Source of the DNA: Catajapyx aquilonaris
Taxonomy: Eukaryota
DNA length: 33,847 nucleotides
Direction: 5' to 3'
Assembly (NCBI GenBank): GCA_000934665.2
Contig: JYFJ02004220.1
Coordinates: 1-33,847 of the forward strand
Both the position numbers and the translations under genes were made by a program. The number at the start of each line of letters is the position of its first letter. The stretch's first letter is position 1. Of this stretch, positions 24,018 through 33,847 are shown piece after piece. A model generated the notes under the pieces. That model was not told the DNA's origin and did no database searches. It saw nothing but the letters and a program-made list of their open reading frames with translations.

Positions 24018-24353
24018 CTGGATATTTTTATCTCGAAGAGTCTGAGAAACACTTTCAACATCCAGTGGAACTGCATCTGGTTTGCTGATCCCCGTAGGAC
24101 GGTCAAGGAAGTTGGATACAACTCCAGGCTTACGGTATCCACTGTGGTTGGTAAGTGCTGCTCCCTCTCCTGACCCACTGGGCAGGCTGTCCACCTGAGA
24201 AGCATCTGCTGACGTGGACCGACGGGGCTTCTTTGTGGGTGGAACAGGTGGCGTTGTGGCCATTGCCCCATTGTTAGATGTGTTTGGGGCACTGGTGCTT
24301 GTTTCTGAGTTGGACCTCTTACCAGATGACTTGGGCCGACGCGGCTTCTTCTC
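24018..24353 (-). CDS. GLYR1: GLYR1 coding exon 2 (basic, low-complexity linker)
   Basis: Acceptor tctccag. Encodes EKKPRRPKSSGKR...NFLDRP...LDVESVSQTLRDKNIQ. Donor CAG|gtgagg; 336 nt, open, phase 0-0. Confidence 0.88.
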
Positions 24354-24477
24354 CTGGAGAGTTGGTTAGACAAATGTTATTTATTGTAAGAGTGAGGCCA
24401 GCACGTCATGCAATAGGTACATGAAGGCTGCCCCTTAATTTGCTTACCCTCACAGGCCATAAAGCAAGTTCAATTAC

Positions 24478-24873
24478 CTTCGCAGTTACCTTTGGTTCCG
24501 CAGGCGTCTCATTCTGAACTTTTTCCTGGTCTAGCTTCCATCTCCCGCCACTCAGAGCCCCGAAGAGCGTTTCGTCATCCAAACTGGGATCCGCCTCCTT
24601 TCTCCGAATGTACTCCTCAATGGCTTCCACTGCATCTCTTAATGTTCCCGACTTGTTCTTTGTAAACTGCTCTTTAAATTCCAGGTAAGGCTTGATGTTA
24701 TTCTCTTCTATCCATGCGTAGTTGTCGGTTCCAAAAAACCAAATACAATGTATATTCTTTTTCTGGGTTGGCCGCTTCAACTCCTTGGGCTGCTCCACAG
24801 CCTTCCCAGGCCAGGGTGGAAATCCTTTCATCTTTGCCCACACGAGGTCACCAACCTTGACCACCCCTGACAT
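24478..24873 (-). CDS. GLYR1: GLYR1 coding exon 1 (PWWP domain)
   Basis: Encodes MSGVVKVGDLVWAKMKGFPPWPGK...IWFFGTDNYAWI. Donor choice is ambiguous (exon end 24490, 24478 or 24448). Upstream acceptor tcacag at 24905. Confidence 0.93.
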
Positions 24874-24949
24874 TGTCCTCACTTAGGGTTGACAAAACTC
24901 ACACCTGTGACAACCTTTCCCACTAACTCAACTACACTGGTGGCGCCCA

Positions 24950-25240
24950 CTTGCTATGTCGGCGCGGCTCTGTGTTGGCTGGGCTACTACGGGACGGGGG
25001 CAACTTGTGGCTCCCTTCCGCGTACTTTCGGACCTCACCACCTACCGCTCATTTGCCATTAACATACTACCACAGGACCAGGAGAGGATCGGCCTCATTG
25101 AAGCCAGTGAAAAAAAATTATGTGCAGAAAAGGCGGCTTCTCCCGCTCCATCCGAAAGATGGCGTCGTTTAGATGGCGTCCACACAGTTGGGAAGCGCGG
25201 AATGGAGAGGGGGTTACAGAGTGGGTGGGTTGGTGGGTGG
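24950..25240 (-). promoter_or_regulatory. CpG-rich GLYR1 promoter and probable non-coding first exon
   Basis: High CpG density just upstream of the first coding exon; tandem YY1/Pho-type AGATGGCG at 25157 and 25171. Confidence 0.6.
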
Positions 25241-25644
25241 TAGGCTGTGGGGGGAAGCAGCTGTTTGGCATTTTCCTAGCAAAGTTGGATAGCTGTTATT
25301 TGCAGTTATTAGCTGTTATGGAGCTAGTTGGGGAAAGTGGGGGGCAATTGAAAACATAAGCACATATTTTATTCAATTTGAAGAAAGTTGATTCGTGTAT
25401 GTAGGACTGATAATTACATATTTCTGATGCGATTGTGCTGAAAGCCGTTTGGGATGAATAAATAGCGAATAACGCAATCAGAATAACGCGTCTTCGTTAT
25501 ATGCACCTTTCCTACATGTCAGATACGCAACATGTCGGGATTGACTTAATGGCAATGTAAATGAGTGTGATACAGCAAAATGAGACGTACATGTAGAGGC
25601 ATAAAATGTCATACCGTATAAGTGACTATAACTGGGTATACACT

Positions 25645-26077
25645 CAGGGCCGCATTATCCACAATAAGGCTATATATGCTGAAGCCTAGGAACCCACCAA
25701 AAGCAGGGGCCCATCGCCCATGCAAGTGTGCAACTTTTTTTTTTTAAGTGTTACTTGAACCCCCCAAAAAATTTCGCCTGCGGCGGGCCCTCTCTTATTT
25801 GTAAAAGTTTCAGGGGATCACTGAGAGAGAATACACGGATATGCAGAAAACCGTCGCTTTTTGACAATTTTCTGCCTTTACCTTTTTGCCTGATTTTTCT
25901 GCCATGAAACCATTTTTGTTATATTCTGCACATAATTTTGCTCCAATACATTCCATTTCTACCATGTATCTACCTATATCTGCAAGAGCGTACTTATGTT
26001 GAAATAACCTCAACGAGCAACGACACAAGTCACTTAATTTTTGGACTATGCATATACAGTGTAGCCTAGATAATCGT
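25645..26077. mobile_element. Degenerate hAT-like element
   Basis: Starts cagggccgcattatcc...aggctata; decayed complement gtgtagcctagataatc. No TSD seen. Confidence 0.35.
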
Positions 26078-26868
26078 TATTTTAATTACTATTTCTGAAA
26101 GTGTTATGTAGTTGGAGGAATAGCCGTTATTTCCAAGTAGCTGCTTTTGTATCATTCCGGAGGCGCGGGAAATACTACTCAATGGAAAATCCCCCCACGC
26201 TTACCAACGTTGGTCCGTACATGGCCGCAGAGCGGCGCTGATACGCGCCCCATCACGCGAGTACAACTTCAGAGAACGTGAGTCATCTATATTACTCAAC
26301 AAGTCCAAGTTATCAACTTGTTTTATTAATTTTATTATTTACTAAATTAATGGATAATAATACAATCACCACGAACTGGCTTTTCCTTCCGCGCTTGGTG
26401 AATTGTCCAATATCCGGCGTTGCCGATCATTTAGGGCGGGAACTGGAATAGGCGTTGCCGTTGTTAATTATTGACATATTTATTATTAAACGAATCAAGT
26501 CAATCAAGTTATAAACGTGCCTATAAAAGTAGTATTTAATGAAGTTTATTTAAAAATAAATAGAAGAAGCTGCCGGCTTTTTTTCCAAAATGGATCTGGC
26601 AATTTTAAAGATGGCGACTTCCATGCTACTGATTTATTTCTGAAGCGTGGAATGTGTTTCCCAGGTCGCCAGGTGGAATTTTTGTATTTCACGTTACTTG
26701 TGTGTATACGTACATGGGAAGCATGGTGGTAGAAACTAATGGGCAAACTAATGCTGATTTTGGAGCGTTCTAGGGCCATACGGGTATCTTTTCAAAATTG
26801 AGGGAAATATACTGGACAGTGTACTTGACCCCCGTGATAGTTCTGGGGTAGTTGTCTGCAATTATTAA

Positions 26869-27154
26869 CCCTGGAACCGTGCCGTGGGGTCTTTTCGGAC
26901 CCCAAAGGAATTAAAATGCATTAAAAATACAATTAGACCTACAATGAACTGTTTGCCATTTTTTTAAAGTACGGTATATAACAGGAAGTGCATGTTTATT
27001 TTGAATTAGCGATTATTTTAGGCATTGTTCAAAGAATGATTGCATATAGTCAATACATTGAAAAGTATTATATAGAAATTCATAAAAATTAAAATATGGC
27101 GTGGGGTCCTAAAAGACCCCACGGCGTTACCCCAGGCATGGGACGGTTCCAGTG
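26869..27154. mobile_element. piggyBac-like MITE
   Basis: TTAA at 26865-26868 and 27155-27158; TIR ccctggaaccgt / acggttccagtg; subterminal ggggtc...gacccc palindromes. Confidence 0.85.
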
Positions 27155-27170
27155 TTAACTCAGTTGTAGC

Positions 27171-27451
27171 CAAGGGATTGCCCACTCTCTCCTAAAAAGT
27201 GTACACCATGATTACCATATGAGTACCCTAGAGTACCTTGTGATTACACATTATTACCCTATATTACCTTATGAGTACCAGGTGATAACCAAGATTACCT
27301 TATGATTATCATGATTACCTATAATTTCTATATGAGTATCATGATTACCTATAATTTCTATATGAGTATCATGATTACCTATAATTTCTACATGATTACC
27401 AGGATTAACAAACAAAGTGTACACTAGATTACCACAGTGGGTAACCCCTTG
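27171..27451. mobile_element. P- or hAT-type MITE with internal minisatellite
   Basis: Perfect 8-bp TSD gttgtagc; TIR caagggattgcccact / agtgggtaaccccttg. Confidence 0.8.
27301..27390. repeat. 30-bp x3 tandem repeat built from 10-bp subunits
   Basis: tatga(g/t)tatcatgattacctataatttcta x3, within a wider atgattacc-type array at about 27208-27408. Confidence 0.95.
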
Positions 27452-27732
27452 GTTGTAGCCTGTTATATTTGCACTGAAAAAATATGCTATATTTCCATAA
27501 CCCAAAGTGATTCAAAAGTTGAAGTATTGGTTGTTCAAGTACATTTTAATTTCATCAAATATTGGACTTTAAATGGGTTCCCATGAGCGTGATGAACTGA
27601 AATCGAGCGAAACGGACTGAAATCGAGCGAAACATCGCTCTCTTATGAGACTCTTTCCAGAGATTAAAAAGGATGGGTATATGCAACCAAACATTAGCAG
27701 CTATTACTTTTCATAACCACCAAAAGGTACTA

Positions 27733-28046
27733 CAGTCGAACCCTGATTATCCGTCACCAACAGGACTGGGGCATTGTCAGATAACTGAAAAGGTCAGATC
27801 ATCCAAGGATTTAAAAACTAATAAAACACAACAAAAATACTTAAAACATGAAATAACATACAATATTACAGTTTTCTAAGAAATAGTTTTACACACACAC
27901 TACTGTAGGCCCTACTGTATTTACAATTTAACTACTGCAGAACAAACAAATGTGTAGAACATTACAATATTTCATGAAAAAACAGATTTATTGCCGGAGT
28001 GGGACAGTCGGATAAACTGAGAAGTCGGATAATCGGGGTTCTACTG
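27733..28046. mobile_element. pogo/Tigger-like MITE
   Basis: TA|CAGTCGAACCCTGATTATCCG ... CGGATAATCGGGGTTCTACTG|TA. Confidence 0.85.
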
Positions 28047-28353
28047 TATTCAAAAGCAATTGCTTAAAAATAAGTAGCTCAATGCCAAAAATAGTTAACT
28101 AATACATACCTTTCAACTGGAAAACCTCAATATGGAATGTTCACGCATCTCCCATCAGCATGAAAAAGAAATCCTGCCCATATGAATGACCATTACTGGA
28201 AATTTACAAAAAATATATAGTCAATTCCTGTAAAGGCTCAGGTCTTCAAATTTTAAAATATACACCATGACTTTCATGACTACACTTTCTCATAAAGTGG
28301 ATTTTTTTCTGATTTCTGCAATGCTTTTAGGAGTGTTTTCTAGTGACAAAGGA

Positions 28354-28456
28354 TGGAATTTTGGTCCCACTGCTAGTTCCAGCTAACTTAACAGTACCAG
28401 TGCAGTACAATGGTACTGCTAAGTTAGCAGTAAATAGTAGTGGGATGAAAATTCCA
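28354..28456. repeat. About 100-bp imperfect palindrome
   Basis: tggaattttggtcccactgcta...gctaacttaacagtacca / tggtactgctaagttagc...tagtagtgggatgaaaattcca. Confidence 0.8.
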
Positions 28457-29019
28457 CCCAAACACTATTTTTTTCTCAATCACAGGCAAATTTCTTACCT
28501 TGATGTGAACTTAACCTGTGAATCATTGAACTGAAAGTAATGTTTTGCTATGTTACTGTTATAGCAATCCAGAAAGCCTATATTTAGCCAAATAATATTT
28601 AAATTTTCTGCCTCGGAGCACACTCAATAGAAATATCTGGGGTGCTTAACAATTATTATATTGCATTTCCCCCCTCCCTGGTAGTTTTATTGATATTAGA
28701 ATGGGAACGTTCCCAAGGAAAGGCAATTTGCAAACCATCTTAATCCATGCCTCTTTTTTTGTAGTGGCAGGCTAAGAATTGAGAGCAAGTCTGCTTTGAC
28801 ATGGTGAAGAAAAGCATAATGAAGCACGAAAAGTAAAGCTGACCAGGACCAAGATCTGAATCGCAGAGATCCTCGTCGACGGGCCAGTGGCACAGGTATT
28901 CCCTCAGGTATCATCTTCATCATCCCATTGCATTTGCAGAGAACAGAGACCTTGTTGGGGGAGAAGGAGAGGAAAGTTATTTTCTTTTCTCACTTTATTT
29001 TTCTCAAACAGGAATAATA

Positions 29020-29207
29020 AGGAAGTAAGGAAGGAAGGAAGGACGAAGGAAGGACGCAAACACTTGTGGCCTTTTTGACAGATCATCCTGGAATTGACCT
29101 GGATTCAGGGAAACACAGAAAACCCAGGTCAGGAGGGCTGGCACTGGGATTTGAACCATGACCTGTGAATGGCTGTCTGATGTCTAACTGCTAGATTAGA
29201 CTGCTTC
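29020..29207 (-). mobile_element. Old tRNA-derived SINE related to the 1868 copy
   Basis: Reverse complement reads gaagcagt...ggttcaaatccc...ggttttctgtgtttccc...aattcc...aggccaca...ccttccttcc, colinear with 1870-2040. Confidence 0.75.
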
Positions 29208-29620
29208 AGAGCATGACATGCAGTGTAGTAATTGTGGAGGTATGTAGTATGTGGGAAAAAGCAACATTGGCTGATCAGTTACCAGAGAGGAGAGTGGTGT
29301 TAAAATGTCCATCCCACACATTGTTTGAAGTGGTCCCACCACCACATCAAGGTGGATATACCATTGCATTGGTGGGGATTTGGGTATAGTTTATCCAGCA
29401 TGTTCCAATTGGAGTGTCCATAGAAGTTAGCATTCTTTTGGCACTTGCTTAATATTAGTCAGTAACTTTTAAACATTATAAAATATTAACTGCTAATTTT
29501 AGGTTTAATGGAAAGCATTACTGTTAGAATGGGCTTGGACGTGTTCCCTACTGCTGGGGACCACTTGCTCTGGAACACCCTGCAGCAACCCCCTGACACA
29601 CATATGATACGGTTGTTTAA

Positions 29621-30485
29621 CCCTTTGTCTCCAGCTTGATTTTGCACTGTACATGTGGGGGTTTAAAAAGAGCACCCTAGGTGAAAATCGCTGGATCTGG
29701 CACCATTGGTTTCTCTCTCGATTCATGCACAAGAGGGGGCTGAGCATTTCCAGACATACCCACCTACGCTGCATATCGAGAGAATGCAGCAACCGCCTCA
29801 TTTTTTTAGTATGCACAAGACGGAGACGTCATCCTAAATATTGCTTCATCTACGCTGTTGTTTAAAGGCGGCTTCTACCCATCTAAAAAATCCAAGATAA
29901 TTCTATATGGTTGCCCAGTCTGTCTGATGTGAAAACATTAGTCTCAGTTTAAAAAATTTTAAAGGTCCGGTTTAAAAGGAAGTTATGCGATCCACCAGGT
30001 GCAAAAAGAGCCAGTTCAGGTGGCGAGCGGACAACGCCCAGAGCTCCGAGCAGTCCACCCGGCCAATTAGGTGCGAGGATGCATTTTACGACCAAAATGG
30101 CGCCTGGGGAGATTGCCCATCCTTCACAGATCGTTTTGATATTTCCCTGGCGAAAAGTAAGTCGCCGAATTTCGGGAATTTTTTTATTGTTTTCAGCTGC
30201 ACGTCCACATACCGGGAAATATGTGGCAGGGAGCTGTGTGTATTTAAATTCGTGAAGTAAGTGTTTGTTTCTGTGGTTTTAAATGAAGGAAACCTTTGGC
30301 CTATGACATCGTGCCATTAAAAATATCACGCAAGTGGCGTAAATACTCGTGAACATAGAAACTATGAACATTTCTTAAGGCTATGGTGAAAGAAATTTCC
30401 GTCGGGGTTATACCAGTGAATTTTGAAAAATTATTTTGGTTAGTTGTATAATTTATACAACCAAATTGGGCGAAGGAGACAAGGG
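29621..30485. mobile_element. piggyBac-like non-autonomous element
   Basis: TTAA|ccctttgtctcc ... ggagacaaggg|TTAA. Confidence 0.6.
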
Positions 30486-30489
30486 TTAA

Positions 30490-30693
30490 TATAAAAGTCT
30501 CCGCCATGCGGGGGATTTGGCGCTGGCATGCCCCCACAGGCATCTACCGCTACCAGCCACCTGAATCCTAGTCTGCAACTCCCTCCGTGGAAAGGACGAC
30601 GTGGATTGGTTCAGAAGGCGGACAACCCGAACCGACCCCCCAGTAGATGCCTGTGGGGGCACGCCAGCAACAAATTCCCCGCAGACTTTTATA
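30490..30693. mobile_element. Foldback MITE flanked by TTAA
   Basis: tataaaagtct...gctggcatgcccccacaggcatctac / gtagatgcctgtgggggcacgccagc...agacttttata; TTAA at 30486-30489 and 30694-30697. Confidence 0.8.
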
Positions 30694-31320
30694 TTAACTG
30701 CCGTCAACACAGGCCTAGGCTGGATGTGTGCCCTGCAGTGACTATTTCAAATAAATGAATCACCCAAGATTGGTGCAAATAACAATGGATATTTATCTTC
30801 AGACCTAGAAACGAGGTAAAGTTCTGGAGTGAAAACTGGGATATGTATTGTTTGACCTATTGTTTTCTGAAGTCACAGGTTGAACCTGATCTTTTTTGCC
30901 TGCCAGAACTTCCCTGCACTGGCGGGAATGATTTCTGTACAGCCTAATATGAGAAGTTAATACTTTCATTGAGCTAAAACCTGCTTTATTTTACCATTTT
31001 GATAATGGCAGGAGGTGATAAAAGTAATGCTCTTCGCACTTGTGGTAGGGATGGATTTTCAGGAATCATAGACTAACGAAAATTACAGCTGCATGTGAAA
31101 GTGAGTAGATCTGAGGAAATTGATTTTTTTCAGGTAGAGACTGAATGGACTTACTAAATGAAAAAGAAAATTATTTTAGTTTTGGGAATAGAAATATCTG
31201 GGAAAATAAATGTACGAGGGTCAGTCGGAAAATAAGTTTCATGATGCTACAGGTTTAGACGTCATGTGATGGGCAAGGTAAAGACAAGCATGAGCAGGTA
31301 CATTGATCCTTCTGGTACTA

Positions 31321-31809
31321 GGACAGGTAGGGACCATCTTGAAGATTATGCACAGGTGCGGCAGTCATCAGACTAGACTGAGTGCCGAGCGGTGCGTGCC
31401 CGCCCACATTCCGCCAGGAAAAGCCATGGCAGACAGAAGTGTGTTGGTCATACGGACTGAGACAGACGTGAGGGCCGTTGTTCACTACGACCGGTCGACA
31501 TTCGACATACGACATGTGGCATTCATTGCCGCCAGTGGAGGTGTATGATCTGGATGTCACGTCTGAGCAAATGGTGCGATGATATGGTGCCAGTAATTCC
31601 GTAATGGGCTCGTGAGCGTGAAGGACAACCAGAGACAACCAACAGTATCCTCAAGTGTCTTAACTACTGCCTTAGTCCATGTGACAAACACATGTCTGTC
31701 TGCCATGACTTCTCCTGGTGGAATGTGTGGACATGCTCAGCTCAGCACTCGTTCTCGTCCGACGGCTGCCACGCCTGCACATAAGCTGCAAGATGGCACC
31801 TACTCGTCC
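31321..31809. mobile_element. Foldback element with about 160-bp diverged arms
   Basis: 31321-31480 is complementary to 31640-31809 (ccacattccgccaggaaaagccatggcagacaga / tctgtctgccatgacttctcctggtggaatgtgtgg); TA on both sides. Confidence 0.8.
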
Positions 31810-31998
31810 TATAATAATATAAATATAATAATAATCGGAGTAGTGCTTGGCCTCTGAGGTATGTAGCACGGACCTTTATTTATACCATTGTAGTGCGATA
31901 CATACTGGAACCTTGAATGAACCGCCCAGGCGGCAGGAATGGTGACTGGGAGGGGATGTGCAATGTGCAGTGCAATGTCTCAATAGTGGTACATTTTG

Positions 31999-32260
31999 AG
32001 GGCGACACGGTGGCGGATGGGTTAGCGCCGCAGCCTTCCACCTCTAAGGTCCCGAGTTCGATCCCCGGGTCGGACGGAGGATTCTTATGTGGATAGAGTT
32101 TCGATGGGTTCTCTCCGTGTTCGCTGGGTTTTCTCGGGGTTCTCCCGTTTCCTCCCGCTATCAAAATCCATCACAGCGCAGGCAATGATTAAAGTCGGTT
32201 AAATAAAAGATGATCCCCTAAGAGGCCCAAGGAGGCCTAGCACGGGGTATCCATTATTAT
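31999..32260 (+). mobile_element. tRNA-derived SINE with V-domain-like core
   Basis: A box tggcggatggg, B box agttcgatccc, core gggttttctcggggttctcccgtttcctccc, tail ggggtatcc(att)n. 15-bp TSD tagtg(g/a)tacattttg at 31984-31998 and 32261-32275. Confidence 0.85.
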
Positions 32261-32275
32261 TAGTGATACATTTTG

Positions 32276-32438
32276 TGAACTCCCCCGGGTGGATTAGCCT
32301 ATCAGAGATTCCACCCAAGACTAAGCCAGAGATGACCCAACTCTGCACGAGATGAAGGGGGGAGGCCCCGGGCTGGGATCTAACCCGGGCCCCTTCCATC
32401 CGTGGGCACATACGTTACCACAGTGCCACTCTGCCTCC
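32276..32438 (-). mobile_element. 5' part of a third tRNA-derived SINE family
   Basis: Reverse complement ggaggcagagtggcactgtggtaa (A box) ... gggttagatccc (B box). Confidence 0.6.
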
Positions 32439-33016
32439 GCCTCCCCTACCCGTCCTATAAAGTACCGGAAGAATCGATGTACCTACTCATTCTTGTCTTT
32501 ACCCTGCCTGTCACATGGCGTTGAAACTGTAGCAGTGCAGAACTTATTTTCTGGCTGACCCTCACATTCCATTTCTGAATCATGGCAAAAGCAGAGAGAG
32601 CAAAAGACACAGATAGTCCTAGGAAATTTGTAGTTTTTAAATTTAATATTTTGAAATTAGAGACCACTAAAATAACATGAAGGGTCAGCTTTCTCACATA
32701 TTACATAAGAATCTGCAGCAGCTGGGTGTAGGAATATGAATATACGCCTTTAGTGGTGTCGGTACAACTATAGGTGTCTAGGTGTCTAGATACCGATAAC
32801 AATACACCAAGATGCATAGTTGTACCGTCAGGGTCGCTAGTCGCTATGGCTGCAGCGAGTTCTGCAGCGGGATTCCATTGCAGATATACTAGCGCCAATG
32901 CGGGATGGGTTAACAGCACGCAAGATGGTGGCAAGTGTCCCGACCTATTCTTCTAAGACCGTGGTCTAATCAATAATTATCTAGTATACAGAATATGGCA
33001 GGTAACAAACCCAATA

Positions 33017-33767
33017 TGTAGGTTGTTTCATAAGTCATGGCGCGTATTTTTTAATTCAAAAACAGTAACACATACGGAGATGACCTTTGCTGAGTTTTGA
33101 AGATCTGGCGATTACAATTTGATCTGGCCTGTAGATGTCGTGCATATCGCAAGAGGGGCCTGAAAAAGAAGGGGATCGTGACCCTCCACTGCGCCATCGC
33201 CCTAAGCCTGACGCTCTTGGAGCTGTTGAACTTTGAATGTGGGACACTCGGCGACAGACAACACAGGAGCTTGATTTCACGTGTGGGACAAGTGAGAGCA
33301 TTATGCCTAGGACTCTGAAAGACTGAACGGTCTTAGGAAGTTGGAGTCCTCATTGGCTTTCTCGCCATCTCTCTGATGCGCAAAGTTGATGCCACTTTGC
33401 CCTTGCCGAAACATATTGGAACTCGGGCTCAGTGAGGGCGATGGTTTTCTTGAACGGCATGTGGAGATGGATGGCACATAGTGCTCTGACTTGTCCCACA
33501 CTCGAAATCAAGGTCCTGTGTTGTCCATCGCCGAGTGTCCTGCATGCAGCGTCCAATAGCTCCAAGAGCGTCTTCGGGCGATGGTGCAGTGGGGGGTCAT
33601 GATCCCCTCTTGTTTGCCCGCTCCCATGCGATATGGGTGACGTCTACTCGTATATACCAGATCAAATTGTAATCGGCTGATCTTCAAAACTTAGCAAAGG
33701 CAATGTCTGTATGTGTTACCGGTTTCGAATGAAAAAATACGCACCATGACTTATGAAACAACCCACA
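33017..33767. mobile_element. mariner-derived foldback MITE with about 290-bp arms
   Basis: tgtaggttgtttcataagtcatgg / ccatgacttatgaaacaacccaca. Complementarity continues to 33307/33473; TA on the left. Confidence 0.85.
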
Positions 33768-33793
33768 TGTACATAATTCTATCATTTTTGGTA

Positions 33794-33847
33794 GGGGGTC
33801 GTGCAAATACCATGTGACCTATTTTAGGCCACTTTTTGACCCCCCCC
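33794..33847. mobile_element. Possible left end of a Harbinger-like MITE running out of the window
   Basis: ggggtcgtgcaaatac...ttttgacccccc resembles insect Tourist-like ends; no second end is visible. Confidence 0.35.

Noticed and set aside
27301..27390. CRISPR-like array
   Set aside because: Head-to-tail repeats without spacers, inside a eukaryotic MITE.
27596..27633. Duplicated actgaaatcgagcgaaac
   Set aside because: Simple 20-bp local duplication with no further support.
28696..29610. Coding exons of a third gene
   Set aside because: Some splice-like signals but no coherent open frame or recognisable protein.

Overview
Eukaryotic, intron-containing, transposon-rich DNA. An insect origin is likely from the protein sequences and element types, but this is inference. 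Two conserved genes lie tail-to-tail. On the + strand is an Ero1-like ER oxidoreductin (CDS 8716-9338, 10360-10406, 10572-11232, 11879-11930; 460 aa), with a probable non-coding first exon ending at 5803. On the - strand is GLYR1/N-PAC/NDF, a PWWP plus beta-hydroxyacid-dehydrogenase-fold protein (CDS 24873-24478, 24353-24018, 21216-20755, 17677-17270; about 533 aa). The remainder is a dense patchwork of non-autonomous elements with TIRs and TSDs readable by eye: piggyBac-like TTAA, PIF/Harbinger, Tc1/mariner/pogo, hAT/P-like and foldback elements. There are also several tRNA-derived SINEs and a spliced THAP-domain remnant. The best leads are a frame-preserving 15-nt candidate microexon in Ero1L, a V-SINE-like element that shares its 3' tail with a SINE of different core, three in-frame splice donors in GLYR1, and loss of the catalytic Lys in GLYR1. 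I found no convincing wholly new multi-gene system. Everything was read manually with no database searches.
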